Source: Anthoceros angustus (Eukaryota; Plantae; Anthocerotophyta). From it: a stretch of 64,000 nucleotides of DNA. Made by a program: the position numbers and the translations under genes. Below, in pieces: positions 53,248 to 64,000 of the stretch (position 1 is the first letter of the stretch; every line of letters starts with the position of its first letter). Under the pieces are notes generated by a model that saw only the letters and a list, made by a program, of their open reading frames with translations, did no database searches and had not been told where the DNA came from. The stretch lies in contig MU008200.1 of assembly GCA_010909165.1 (NCBI GenBank), positions 186,001-250,000 of the forward strand, given 5' to 3'.

Positions 53248-54763
53248 GCAGCCTATGGCGGCAGGGAAGAGAAAGGAGTGTCAACGTGAGGCGCCGAGGG
53301 CCGCGCCTAGGCCGCCATCACCCGCGCTAGGAGGAAGAGGGGATGGGGCAACAGTGCAGGTGCCTACCCCACTGCGCGACGGCCCAAGGGACACGAGGGT
53401 GCTGGAAATTTCCAGCAAGAGACCGACGGGGGCTGAATTGGGGCCTCTAGGAGATTTGCTAAGTATCTGTAAAAAAAGTTAGCCATGTAGATTTGAAGAT
53501 AGCAAGAGAAATGGCAGCCTCCCTCTTAGCATGTCAAGAGGAGGTCCAGGCGAATAAGGCCTAGGAGATGGCGGAGAGATGAGCAGACCAAGTGGCAGCT
53601 CGAGGCCATGGAGTCCGACGAGAAGGCAACCAAGTTAGAAAAGGCTGTTGAGAAGCTCCAACAAGGCATTGTGGACCACAAGAGGGCGGAGAAGGTCCTG
53701 GAAGGGAAATTGATCCAAGCAGAGGAAAGAGCCATCCGAGCCACTAACCAACGGGACACATGGAGGCAAATGGCGGAAGACCATTTTGCCCAACTAGAGC
53801 AGGAGTGAAGGAGCAAATCTGAATCTCTAGGAAGGGAGAAGCGGGCGGTCCAGCAGGTGGAGGCACAGGAACAGGTGATGGCCACACAAGCCATCAAAAT
53901 CCGGGACATGGAGGAAGAATTGCAAAGAACCCGGTTTAGTTTGGAGGAGAAACGCACAGAATTAACCACTCAAGACCTCTAAGTGCAAGAGCTGGAACGC
54001 GAGAAGGTTGCTTGGCAGGAGGAGAGGGAGAGACTTGCCAAGCAAATGGTCGAGCTGGAACAAAGGAGGTTCCAGGAGGAAGAGCACCACAAGAAGATGG
54101 TGCACAGGATGCTGTAGTTAGGAAGAGACGGTTTTGGGCGGATTATGCCCTTCATCGACACTAACCAGCCAGCTCAAGGAAGCCAGGGAGGAGAATGTTA
54201 CCCTCCATGTGAAGGTAGGCGAATTGACAACGGCAAGGGACGCCTACAAGGGTAGGTGTGAAGATGGAGAATGGCCCAGCAAGCTTGACGACCTTCAGAT
54301 GCAATACCACAGCTTGGGAGCCCATCTCCATAACAGGATATTGAAGGCCAATAATGAGGTGTTGCGCCTTGCCAAGAGGAGGACTCTAGGTCCTCATGAC
54401 GATGATCGGGAAGTGCTGCTACAGGTGCAGCCGGAGGCCTCGGATTTTGATGAGGCCACAAGTGACATGGACTCCGAGGAGTCCGGAGAAACAGGGGATG
54501 GAGGAGAAACCGCGGCGCCGAAGGAAGGAGATGGCGCCAAAAGCAAGGTAGGAGGTCAGCCTACCCTTGCAGGAGGTCAGCCTACCACGGTAGGTGACCA
54601 CCCTACGCCGGTAGGTTGCCAGCCTACCGCGGTAGGACAAGGACCTACGGGCGTAGGTCCAGAGGAGGGAGCAGCCCTACCGGAGGAGACCAAGGATGGG
54701 GTCCGACCCGTAGAGGAACGGGAAGGGGTGAGAAATTTCCTCACCCCACGAAATGCTCCATGA
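53210..54763 (+). pseudogene. Gypsy accessory ORF with long coiled coil and GxQPTxV repeats, interrupted by stops
   Basis: KATKLEKAVEKLQQG..., HLHNRILKANNEVLRLAKRR; homologous remnant at 62762-63100 (-). Confidence 0.6.
54560..54657. repeat. 5 x 21 bp repeat, each unit containing CCTAC-N4-GTAGG
   Basis: Units at 54560, 54581, 54602, 54623 and 54644. Confidence 0.9.
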
Positions 54764-55225
54764 TAGGTATGGACAAATCGAACAGCAGGCAAAGGAGCCA
54801 AGAGGATCTTAACCGAAGGAGTCTTCACCGATGAGAAGGAAGAAGGAGAGGGCAAGGGAAAGGGACCAACCTACCATGGTAGGTGGTCGACCTACCCCAG
54901 AGGTGCTGCATCACCGCTGGTAGGGTGCCTTTTGAAGGAGCGCGGCCTCTAGAGGGAGCTGGAAGCGGGGCCGATTGTGAACAAGGGAGGGGCACAATTG
55001 CCTGTCGGGTGCGAAGGATCAGGGCGCCGCTTCGCGGAGCGGGAAGAAGGGGCAAGAAGGTACTTGCCCCACAAGTCAGGAAGAAGACAGAAGCTGGGAG
55101 GGGACAGGAGCAAAAAGAGGGCGAGGGAGCCAATCAGCAGGAGACGCATCGCCGCCCCAGCAAGATAAGGATTGAAATTGGTCAATGACCATAACTGTGC
55201 TTTGGGGAATGGGAAGGATAGATGG

Positions 55226-56322
55226 TGTAGACTGACATTATTTAAGAGTGGCCATAGGTGAAATTGCTAGAATAGAATTTACCTAGGATCAGACAGTAGA
55301 CTTAGATGTCAGGACTTAAATACTGGCGGTAGGAAATAATAAAATATTGGGAAAGGTGGCCTGCAGCAGGCACACCCAAGGGAGGTTGTATGTGGAGGTC
55401 CTCCTATAAGAGGAGGAGGATTTCACAAAGTAAAGTATCACGTCTTGCGCTTCCATACTCGCGAGTCCTTTGCCCCTTGCAAAGGAATTTCGTGCCGGCT
55501 GCGAGCCAACGTAGCGTCTGGTAGAGAGGAAGTTGCGGTGGTCGGAGTGCTTGGTAGAGGGCTTGCTTCCTGCGAGTGCCTCGACGAGTTGCTCCCCTTG
55601 TGAATGGTTGCTGTGAAATTGCTTTGCTTTGGGTGTGTGGCGATGCCCAAGGAACTCTCGGCTTGAGGGTAGACTACAGGGAAAGACTCCCTGGAGGTTC
55701 TCGCTGTCTGATGTCAAACTCATAGCAACCGGCCCAAGGCAGAACTTGCTGATGTGTAGGCGGACCCCAGGTAGTTGTGCCGTAAGGGCGAGCCGAGGCC
55801 AGTGAGCCCGAATTGAGGTTAGATTAGGAGGAGGATGAGGAGATGAGTTGAGCGTTGAGGAAGATGATGAGTGGATAATGAGTAGAGTTAGAGTGTAGGT
55901 AATAGTAGAAGGCCACAAGCAGAGCCTAAGGGACGAATCCCAAATCTGCAAGTAAAAGGGCGCTCCTTAAGTGGAGAAGAGAGGTCTTAGAAGTCGGGAC
56001 GAAATTGCGGTGTGGATCAGGGGGTCCCTGGGCGCCCGGGATAGACTCCTTGCTGCTAAGACATGACCTGCAATTGTGTTGTGTCGTTGTAGGTCGAGAC
56101 ATGGTGATTTTTCGGAGCAGTGCAAGAGGTGCAGCTGCTGGAAGGGGGAGAGTAGAGGACGCCTTGCTTGTTCAAAAGGCTGAGGTAGTGGGTTGCTGCA
56201 AGTAGCGATTGTTTCCCCAGAATCCGATCGTTCACACAAGTCTCATGGGACGAACCCAACGCATTTGCAAAGGGATAAGTGTGGCTAGAGGGGAAATCTT
56301 GAAGCCGGGGTTTTCCTCCCAC
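55226..56322 (+). repeat. Probable 3' gypsy LTR (TG...CA, about 1.1 kb)
   Basis: Purine tract ggggaatgggaaggatagatgg precedes TGTAGA; TATA-like ctataagagg near 55405; end resembles the end of the 43k LTR. Confidence 0.5.
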
Positions 56323-56329
56323 ACCTCAC

Positions 56330-58360
56330 CTTGGAATCAGACACAATCTGGTTAGACAGCGGGTTGGGAAGGAAAGAAAAAAGGCTTGGTCAGCACTCAG
56401 CGATTAGACCACATCTCACCTCGGTCCCTCAAGGAAATCTTCCTTCCTAAGAGCGCCCTCACCGTTAGTCGCCCCAGAAGCGGAGCTTGGTCACTCAGCT
56501 CTTGACCACCCAGGGATCTCCCCGGCCCTCTTGTGACGAGAAGGCAGCACCCTGAATCAGTCCGTTATTGATCGAACGTCTCCAATCAACCTCGCGCGCA
56601 GATTCGACACACAGGAGCTCACACCTGAAATTGTCTAACAAGAGAGACGCGAAGGTGTCTCTTATACATCCGGCCACGGAACGCCATAACTCACCTTTCC
56701 CTAGTGTCTAAAAAAAATGGCTGACCTACCACGAGCGCACCTACCACCTGTGTAACCTGCATTCATGTGCTTTCCTAGCACCTTATCCCTAATCGAGTGA
56801 AAGCCCCCGACCCATGATGCCGCCTCTAAAATCAGCGCCCGCCTCCTTGCGCTGCCCTGCGGCCCATGGGTGTTCCCCTCGCTCTCCTACCACACCTCTG
56901 ATCCGAAAGATTCTCCCTTAATACCTCCACCTCACTTCTGCTATCCGAGGTCCCTTCACTCCTTCCAGGAGGTGCCGCCCGTCCCCTGCCCCCGCGCATG
57001 TTGCCTCGCTCCTCATCACTAGACAGCTACACAGTGCGTTCCTCCCTCCACGCTCTGGCCTCCGCCTCGCTCATCTCCTCGAGCACAACTTGCGGAGGGT
57101 ATGCCCCGGATCCCATTCGAAGGAACCACTAGTAGGAGCCCGTGGCGGTTAGGATGTGCGCCGAGTTTCCCGCCTCCTTCCACCTCCGCCGCCCCGCACT
57201 GCCGACTCCTGCACTCCACCCGTGGTTCCTCTCGCGAATGCAGGCACTTGTGTCGTAATTACCCTTGCCCCCACGCGGCTGCGGGCGCGCCCCTTCACTC
57301 GACCCCACTGAAATCCTGCCCCTTGAAATCTCGCAGGCTCACAGTACCAAGGTGCGGTCTTCTTCCAGTTGCGCTCCGAATCTGCTAGTGCTCAGCTTAC
57401 TGTCAGCCCCGGCTCCGCAACTAGGGTTGTTATCTCCCCCTGGCCTGTATCCATACGTTCCGTATTCGGCCACCGTTGTGGAACTAGACACCTCCCCACT
57501 TCCCTGCGCCATTGTTGCTGAATGAAGGATCCCCCCACCATATATAGACAATTTTTATTCCTAAAAATCCTAAGGTCCAAGGACCTTCTGGCATGATATT
57601 CACAGATTCGAGGCCCAAGGACTAATTATTTGTAAAATTATTATTGCCATGGGGCAAGGATCACTTTTAGTATAAAAGGCCTTGCCTCAGACATTTCCTA
57701 AGCAATCCATCACTCTAGACATGAGAAAAAAAAAAAAAAACGTTCAAACCGACAGTCCAGGGAAGGGTTAGTGTACATGTGGTCTCCCACATACTCTCCT
57801 TCTCAAATGTTGGCGTCCTCACCAACTTATTGATAATACTTTTTAACTCGCCAACCATTGACTCTGGTTGGCAAGTGCGGCCCATTCAAGTACTTCAGCT
57901 GGATAGAACCATTGTCGAAAACCTCCAGGACTCTGAATGGACCCATCCACCTGAGGTGCAATTTGCCTGGAAAATGCATGTATCGGTTATCATACAATAG
58001 AGCCAAGTCTCCGGGGACAACATACTCCTGGTGCTTCAGCCTAGAAAAGGAGCAGCGATATGTGTACAAGGAGGAGCAAGGAGCTCTCAACAGGTGAGCA
58101 GCTAAGAGAGCTGCAAGTGGAGGCCACGATGTTGGCAAGGAGCGATGGAGGAATCGCGAAGAAATCGCAATTTGGAGGAAGGAGGGGTGGCACACGAAAA
58201 TGGTGTGCCAAGGAGGTGTGTGCGCTAGAGTCCAGGAGCGGAGATGGCCCAGCGGTGGTGTGCATGGAGGAGGATTGTGGAGAAACCACATCTCGAAGAG
58301 TGTTTGCAGCAAAGCTGCAAAAAGGGTAGTCGATGGATTCATGGTCGACTGAAGAAGTTG
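56330..58360 (-). mobile_element. Athila-like gypsy 3' remnant: integrase C-terminus (about 58030-57827), internal TATA, accessory region
   Basis: GDLALLYDNRYMHFPGKLHLRWMGPF..RVNGWRVKKY; 56560-56720 matches the reverse complement of 25790-25930. Confidence 0.8.
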
Positions 58361-58363
58361 CTG

Positions 58364-59815
58364 CTAGGAAAACGCAGCAAGGTGTGGTTTCCTAGCAGGA
58401 TTTTGCATATATTGGCTCACAACACCTAGAGCTTTTCCAAGATCTAGACCAGTTGCAACCATGGCAAACATCAAACTGCCCACTGCTTGTCTATAAGGAA
58501 TGTTCCCCATCTCCTCCTCCTCGTGATTGCTTGCAGGACATTGGTCTTTGCTAAACCTCATATCTAAACCGAGAGGTGTTGCAATTGGCCTGCAATTAGT
58601 CATTCTAAAACAATCCAAGAGTTCCTCGATGTACTTCTGTTGTCCAAGCTTGATTGTTCTCCTCACCTTATCTCTAACCACTTGAGTCCCAAGGCAATAG
58701 ATGAGCTCCCCAAGTTCTTCATTTCAAATTGTCTTGACAACATCTCCTTTACCTCATTGATGGCATCTATAGATGCACTCCACAAAATGAGGTCATCCAT
58801 GTATATGGCTAGAATAACCATAGATTGGAGAACTTTGAATATGTAGATGCTCTCATCAGATGTGCATTGTTGAAATCCTTGCTCCTTTAAGAAGGCATTG
58901 ATCTTCTCATACTAATCTCTAGACCCTTGCTTCAATCCATAGAGAGCTTTCTTCAATTTGCACACCAAACTCTCATTGCCTTTTTCGATATACCCTTCAC
59001 GTTGCTCCATATAAATGTCCTCCTCCAAATCTCCATTGAGAAATGCAGTTTTTACATCCATTTGATGAATCTCCAAATCATCAATTGCTCCCACTGCAAG
59101 TAAAGTCCTTATTGACACAAATTTGGCCACTGGAGCAAAGGTCTCATTGTAATCGATGCCTTGTTCTTGGCTATATCCCTTCACCACCAATCTTGCCTTA
59201 TATCTCTCAATCTGACTACTAGAATCTCTCTTGATTCTAAACACCCATTTGCTCCCAATAGCATTCCTTCCTGCAGGCAAGGAGGTTAACACTCAAGTGT
59301 CCTTCTTCTTCAATGACTTCATCTCATCATCCATAGCTTCTTCCCATTGCTTTGCATCCTTTCCTTGTAGTGCTTCAGCTATCGTTCTTGGTTCCCTCCC
59401 ATATTCCATAGCAATGGATGCAAACTATGATCCTTCTCTCTAATCTCGTGGTGGACAACGCTCCCTTGTTGGATATCTCCTCGGAGGAAGAATTTCTTCT
59501 CTCAAGGGTTCTTCCTCATGGTTTCCCTCGCTAAAGATCATTTCATTCCCATCAATTGGAATGACGTCTTTTCCAATTGGTTCTTCAAGTATCACAACCT
59601 CATGGGCATCAACAATAGGAAATTTCTTGCCATCTATATTCTTTCCCTCATCAAAAACCACATCTCTACTTATGATGATGCGCCCGGATGCCTTGTCTAT
59701 AGGCCTTTCTATCAATATCATAGCCCACAAAAATACACTTCAATGCCTTCCCTTCGACCTTGCTCCTAACTTCTTTGGGTTTATGTGCAAAGGCTCTACA
59801 CCCAAACACATGCAC
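58364..59815 (-). pseudogene. Copia family 1 fragment (integrase end to RT)
   Basis: [50 protein letters not shown]; near-identical to 5480-6830. Confidence 0.9.
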
Positions 59816-60159
59816 TGTGTTTCGGGTGCCTAAAATATCACATGTCGGTGCACTCTATTTTAAGTGCTTGAAATAAACCAGATTCACAAACATGTCATTT
59901 TCTGAGTTGTGATTCTTTGATGCACCATATTTCTTCAATTTTTTTTAACGTCTCGCATTGAAGAACTCGCTCGAAGGATTGCGGTACGTCCTTTTGAGGG
60001 ACAAAAAAATTGTTTGTGTATCCCTACCAAAAAAGGTAACCTATGTTACAGTTGTTGTTGCAATTTTATATTACACTTCCAAATTACAACATACTATGTA
60101 GGCTTGGTATTAAGTTTGACACTTATTTCCCAATATGGTGCCACCATCTTAACAATGAA

Positions 60160-60330
60160 GTGGAATGATTTGAGAGCTGCATTTTTGAATTTGTTCTGCA
60201 GCTTGAGCTATGCACATCACACGTTGGCCCGGTTGAGGACTTTGCAAAGGAAGAGGAGGGAGTCTTTGTATGATTATGTAAAGAGGTTTTATGGTTACTT
60301 TGAAAGAGTACCACCACGGCCGCCAAAAAG
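60160..60330 (+). pseudogene. Gypsy retrotransposon gag-domain remnant
   Basis: WNDLRAAFLNLF...LRTLQRKRRESLYDYVKRF. Confidence 0.55.
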
Positions 60331-60359
60331 ATGTAGCCTTCTGCAAAAGCAAGGCCTAT

Positions 60360-62360
60360 GATATGAATTTTCCTGATGAAGGTTCAGGAAATAGCATAGG
60401 AAGGAGTCCAGAGGGAACGTATGTAGATCCATCTGAGTTATCCCCAAGGACAACGGAGTGCTCATGACAAGAAGAAGTGAGGTCATAGGAGACAAATGAC
60501 TTTCATTGTGCACACATGTGGTTGGAGGCCCCACTGTCCAGAAACCACTGTGGCAAGACATCTGTAGAGGCTGATGAAGCAAGATAGGCTACCAATAGTC
60601 CAGGTGTGGAAGCTCTTGTCACATGGGACTCTGCTGAAGATTTCCCTTTAGCTTCATCGGATTTCTTTTTCCTGCAATATCTAGTGGCCTGGTTTGCCAC
60701 AGTAGTTGCAGACCCCGCGCTTCTTTTCACTTGAAGCGGAGGGATTGAAACCAGGAGATAAGAAGGACGTTTGTCCAGCATATCCCCTGCCTCGTCCTCT
60801 TCCACGACCTCCCCTGCCTCGACCTCTCCCTCTTCCTCTCCCTCTCCCACTGAAGAGGGTAGTGTCACTTACTTGAGTGATGATCCTGCCTTGTGTAGCT
60901 TCCGGCTGGCTTCAGCTTGAAGCAATGCTCCAACAAGCTTCTGAACAGTCAAGTTGGTTTGTGCAGGGGTTGTTGCAGTTGCAAGAGTCACCACAGCTGA
61001 CGCTTGTTGGCTTGAGCTCCACTGCTCAAAACTGGGAGGTAAGGAGGCAAGTAATTGGATTGTAGCTTGTGACTCAGAGAGGATCACATCACAAGAGGCT
61101 AGCTTGGCATGTGCTGATCCACCGAATCCGACTCCTTAATGCGAAGATTCTGAAAATTTAAGGTAGTAGCAACCTCTAACATGACTTCTTTGCACTCATA
61201 GGTGTCAGATAGAAGAGTCCATGCTTCGCTAGCCGTGCTTGTTAACTGGATGTGTAGAATCATCTCTTGGGAGATGGAGGCAACCAATATAGTACATGCT
61301 TTTCCGTCTTTAGCTTTCTAGTCAAGCTCATCCTGTGCAGTCTACTTGATACTTGTCCCTCCAGGAGTTACTGTCCCGGAGACTTGGCCGGCTATCTTCT
61401 GTGGTACAACTATGCCCATCAACAACTTTTCTTCCAAGATGCATCGGATCCTAAAGCTCCAAGCGTCGTAGTTGTTAGGAGTGAGTCTATCCTTTTCCTG
61501 TAGTCGATTAGACCCTGTGTTTGTCGACGTTTAGCCCGACATCGGGCAAGACTGTTGAATTTAGAGCGACTTGCTGCTGGACTTAGACAAGTGCTGCCTG
61601 AGTGTCAGGATTTGATGTGAATGCTGCTTGAGTTCAAGTTTCTGTGTGGCTATTGAGTGCATATCAGACTCTCTTTGTTTTTCAAGACGTTCTTGTCTAG
61701 AAGACAGACTATCGAGCCTACTGGAAAGAAAAGGTGGTGTGTCAACACAGTCAGCCTGAAGGAAATTTGAACATTGACAATTAGGTCTAGGTACTGGATA
61801 GGCCTTTGCAGGAAGGTAGGAGGATCTAACTCCTGTACGTGGTTGTCTCAATACTGAGGAAGACGAAGAGGGAAGATGTGTGGAATACGACTCAATGAAG
61901 GTTTGAAGGAAACGGATGCGTTCCTCTTGCTGCGAGGGAGTCAGCGCCTTTTTAAAGTAAAGACTCTCAAATTCTTCCTGAAAATTGGCAGGACCTACAG
62001 CGCCCATAAACTTACCTTGTTGACTGAAATCGGACCACAGATGCCTGCAATTATTCTTGCGAGGCATCGTGTCCAGACACTCATGATAACTGCAGCATCA
62101 ATGTTGGGTTTTTGTGAGAAGCTGACCCCAATTTGTCAGCGGAATCATCAGTGGGTAATGCCTCTCACTCACTGATGAGGCTTTTTGGTGCTTTTTGGTG
62201 TGATGCCTCTCATCACACCAAAAAGGCTTTCGATAATACAGAATGAAAAGTGCACACACACAAGTCTCTGAACGAACGATTATTACTACTAACTACCAAC
62301 CGCCCATAAGCAGGTGTTCAGCAATGGATAAACTAACTACTAATAATTAAATATCTAACA
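60360..62360 (-). mobile_element. 5' part of Copia-C: short or partial LTR (about 62360-62239), degenerate PBS, extra ORF, gag, protease
   Basis: LQEKDRL..NYDAWSFR, zinc knuckle near 60690, WFLDSGASNHMC. Confidence 0.8.
61561..62067 (-). CDS. 168-aa ORF of unknown function upstream of copia gag
   Basis: ATG-initiated open frame with a coiled-coil-like end (SRLDSLSSRQERLEKQRE..LELKQHSHQILTLRQHL). Confidence 0.5.
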   Translation of the reverse strand: MPRKNNCRHLWSDFSQQGKFMGAVGPANFQEEFESLYFKKALTPSQQEERIRFLQTFIESYSTHLPSSSSSVLRQPRTGVRSSYLPAKAYPVPRPNCQCSNFLQADCVDTPPFLSSRLDSLSSRQERLEKQRESDMHSIATQKLELKQHSHQILTLRQHLSKSSSKSL

Positions 62361-62399
62361 GGCATCGCCACACACCCCAAAAGCAAAGCAATTACACAG

Positions 62400-63150
62400 T
62401 AGCCATTCACAAGGGGAGCAACCTGTAGAGGCGCCCGTAGGGGGCGAGCCCTCCGCCAAGCACTCTGACCGCCACAAACTCCCTCTCTACTAGACACTGC
62501 GTTGGCTTGCAGCCGACACGAAATTCCTTTACAAGGAGCAAAGGACTCGCGAGGTTGGGAGCGTAGGACACGATACTTTACTTCTCAAAATTGCTCCCTC
62601 TTATGGGAGAATCATCATATCATCCCTCCCCCAGTGCGCCATCCATCGCGCCGCCTTTCCCCTTATTCTAATATTTCCTGCCACAAAACTGCCTCCTTTT
62701 CTCACCCTTCGGCGGCAAGTGCTCCTCCCAGAGGGGCTCCCCTAGCCAGCCCTGTTCCTCCTTACTGTGCTACCTCCTCCTTGGTAGCCTCCTCTGACTC
62801 GGACTCCTCGAAGTCCATATCACTCTTGGCCTCTTCAAAATCTAAGGCCTCAGGCTTGATCTTCGTAAGGGCCTCCATGTCATCGTCGTGTGGCCAAAGC
62901 ATCCTTCTCTTCACAAGGTGCAATATTTCATTGTTCGCATTGAGAATCCTGTTGTGGAGGTTGACCCCTAAACTTTGATATTCTAACTCCAACTCATCGA
63001 GGTCTTCCGGCCAAGTACCTTTCTCACATGCTCACGCACCCTCTTCAATTGCTCTTGGGCTTTTTCCTTATCTTGCCTTTCTGCCACCAACAGCAAATAC
63101 TTGGCCTCCGACCTCCTTTTCCATGGTGGCAGCCCGATTAGCTTGTGCTT
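62400..63150 (-). mobile_element. Remnant of the 53-56 kb gypsy family (accessory ORF end and LTR part)
   Basis: NLHNRILNANNEILHLVKRR homologous to 54300-54500; 62470-62600 matches the reverse complement of 55430-55560. Confidence 0.75.
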
Positions 63151-63194
63151 CATGGAAGCCTAGTTGCTTCTCCAGTGCTTTGTTGTCACGCATT

Positions 63195-63320
63195 CGTTCG
63201 GAATAGGAGATTGCATGAAGCATGTAATAGATGCATCTTCTTAACAGGGCAACTACTAATTAGTTTCTTTACCTCTTTTAACTTTTCACCTTTCTACCTT
63301 GTTTCACCAGTGCCGTTACT
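63195..63320 (-). repeat. Truncated LTR of the AGTAAC chromovirus-like family
   Basis: Matches the start of 14376; begins AGTAACGG. Confidence 0.75.
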
Positions 63321-63349
63321 CTACATTGCGTGAAGTGATGGATGGAGTG

Positions 63350-63880
63350 ATCATCTTGAGGATGCAGAGTTTTGTTACAATAACACTGTACATAGCTCCA
63401 CAGGCTATACACCGTTTTAGATGACAGGTAACGAAGCAATGGACGTAGTTTCCATATTGAATGCTGAAGCGTTTGAGACAGCAGCAAGAGAATCACGTGA
63501 GTTTATTGAGCAATTGAAGGCTAGGCATGAAGTTGCTACGAAGATTTTGGCCAAAGCTCAAGAAAGGTAAAAAAAGTTTGCTGACAGGTACAGGAAAGAG
63601 GAAGAATTTCAAGTAGGTGACAAGGTGTGGGTGAAATTGAAGAATTTTCAACTACCACAAGGGTTGACCTCAAAGTTCATGCCTAAGTATGGAGAACCTT
63701 TCGTAGATCAGAAGCGCATTGGGAATATGGCTTACAAACTATAATTGCCTGAATGGATCTTCTCTCATAATGCGTTTCATGTCTCTTTCCTGAAACCATT
63801 TGTGATTTCAAAAGAGAATAAGGATATGAACAGAAAGGATTCTCAGCAAGGCAAGAAAGCTTGGTTTGACACGGGCTAGC
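63350..63880 (+). pseudogene. Chromovirus-like gypsy integrase C-terminal remnant
   Basis: CYNNTVHSSTGYTPF, FQVGDKVWV, SKFMPKY, AYKL*LP, HNAFHVSFLKPF. Confidence 0.85.
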
Positions 63881-64000
63881 ACATCTGAGCATGTAGAGTG
63901 AAATATAAATGAGGCCCATGAGTGGGTCATGGCCAACCAAGCCGTGAGGATTCGCGACTTGGAGAAGGAGGTGGGAGAAGTTCGCTGGAATTTGGAGGCA

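Noticed and set aside
53526-53969. Minus-strand ORF, and the many other short antisense ORFs in the track
   Set aside because: These are shadows of the opposite-strand coiled-coil or pol frames
55316-57400. DIRS or tyrosine-recombinase element
   Set aside because: No R-H-R-Y recombinase motifs found; the region is explained by a gypsy LTR and 3' remnants

Overview
Eukaryotic, very probably land-plant, DNA that is almost entirely nested, decayed LTR retrotransposons (Ty1/copia; Athila-like and chromovirus-like Ty3/gypsy). One intact host gene is present: a 4-exon 14-3-3 gene on the minus strand (CDS 17510-15975, 257 aa, kappa/lambda-like C-terminus, GC-AG third intron). No rRNA, tRNA gene or CRISPR array was seen. 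Main observations: (1) two unrelated LTR families, a full-length copia at 33773-40493 and a chromovirus-type LTR present three times, have non-canonical AGT...ACT termini instead of TG...CA, supported by imperfect TSDs and PPT/PBS position; (2) three related copia elements carry an extra ORF between PBS and gag; (3) Athila-like elements share a conserved internal TATA ahead of a post-integrase accessory ORF, and one accessory ORF carries 21-bp-period CCTAC-N4-GTAGG palindromes where pol and the ORF switch strand. Many overlapping tandem duplications with indel-rich copies may be assembly artefacts, so frameshift-level detail is unreliable. All assignments are by-eye motif recognition; no database searches were run.
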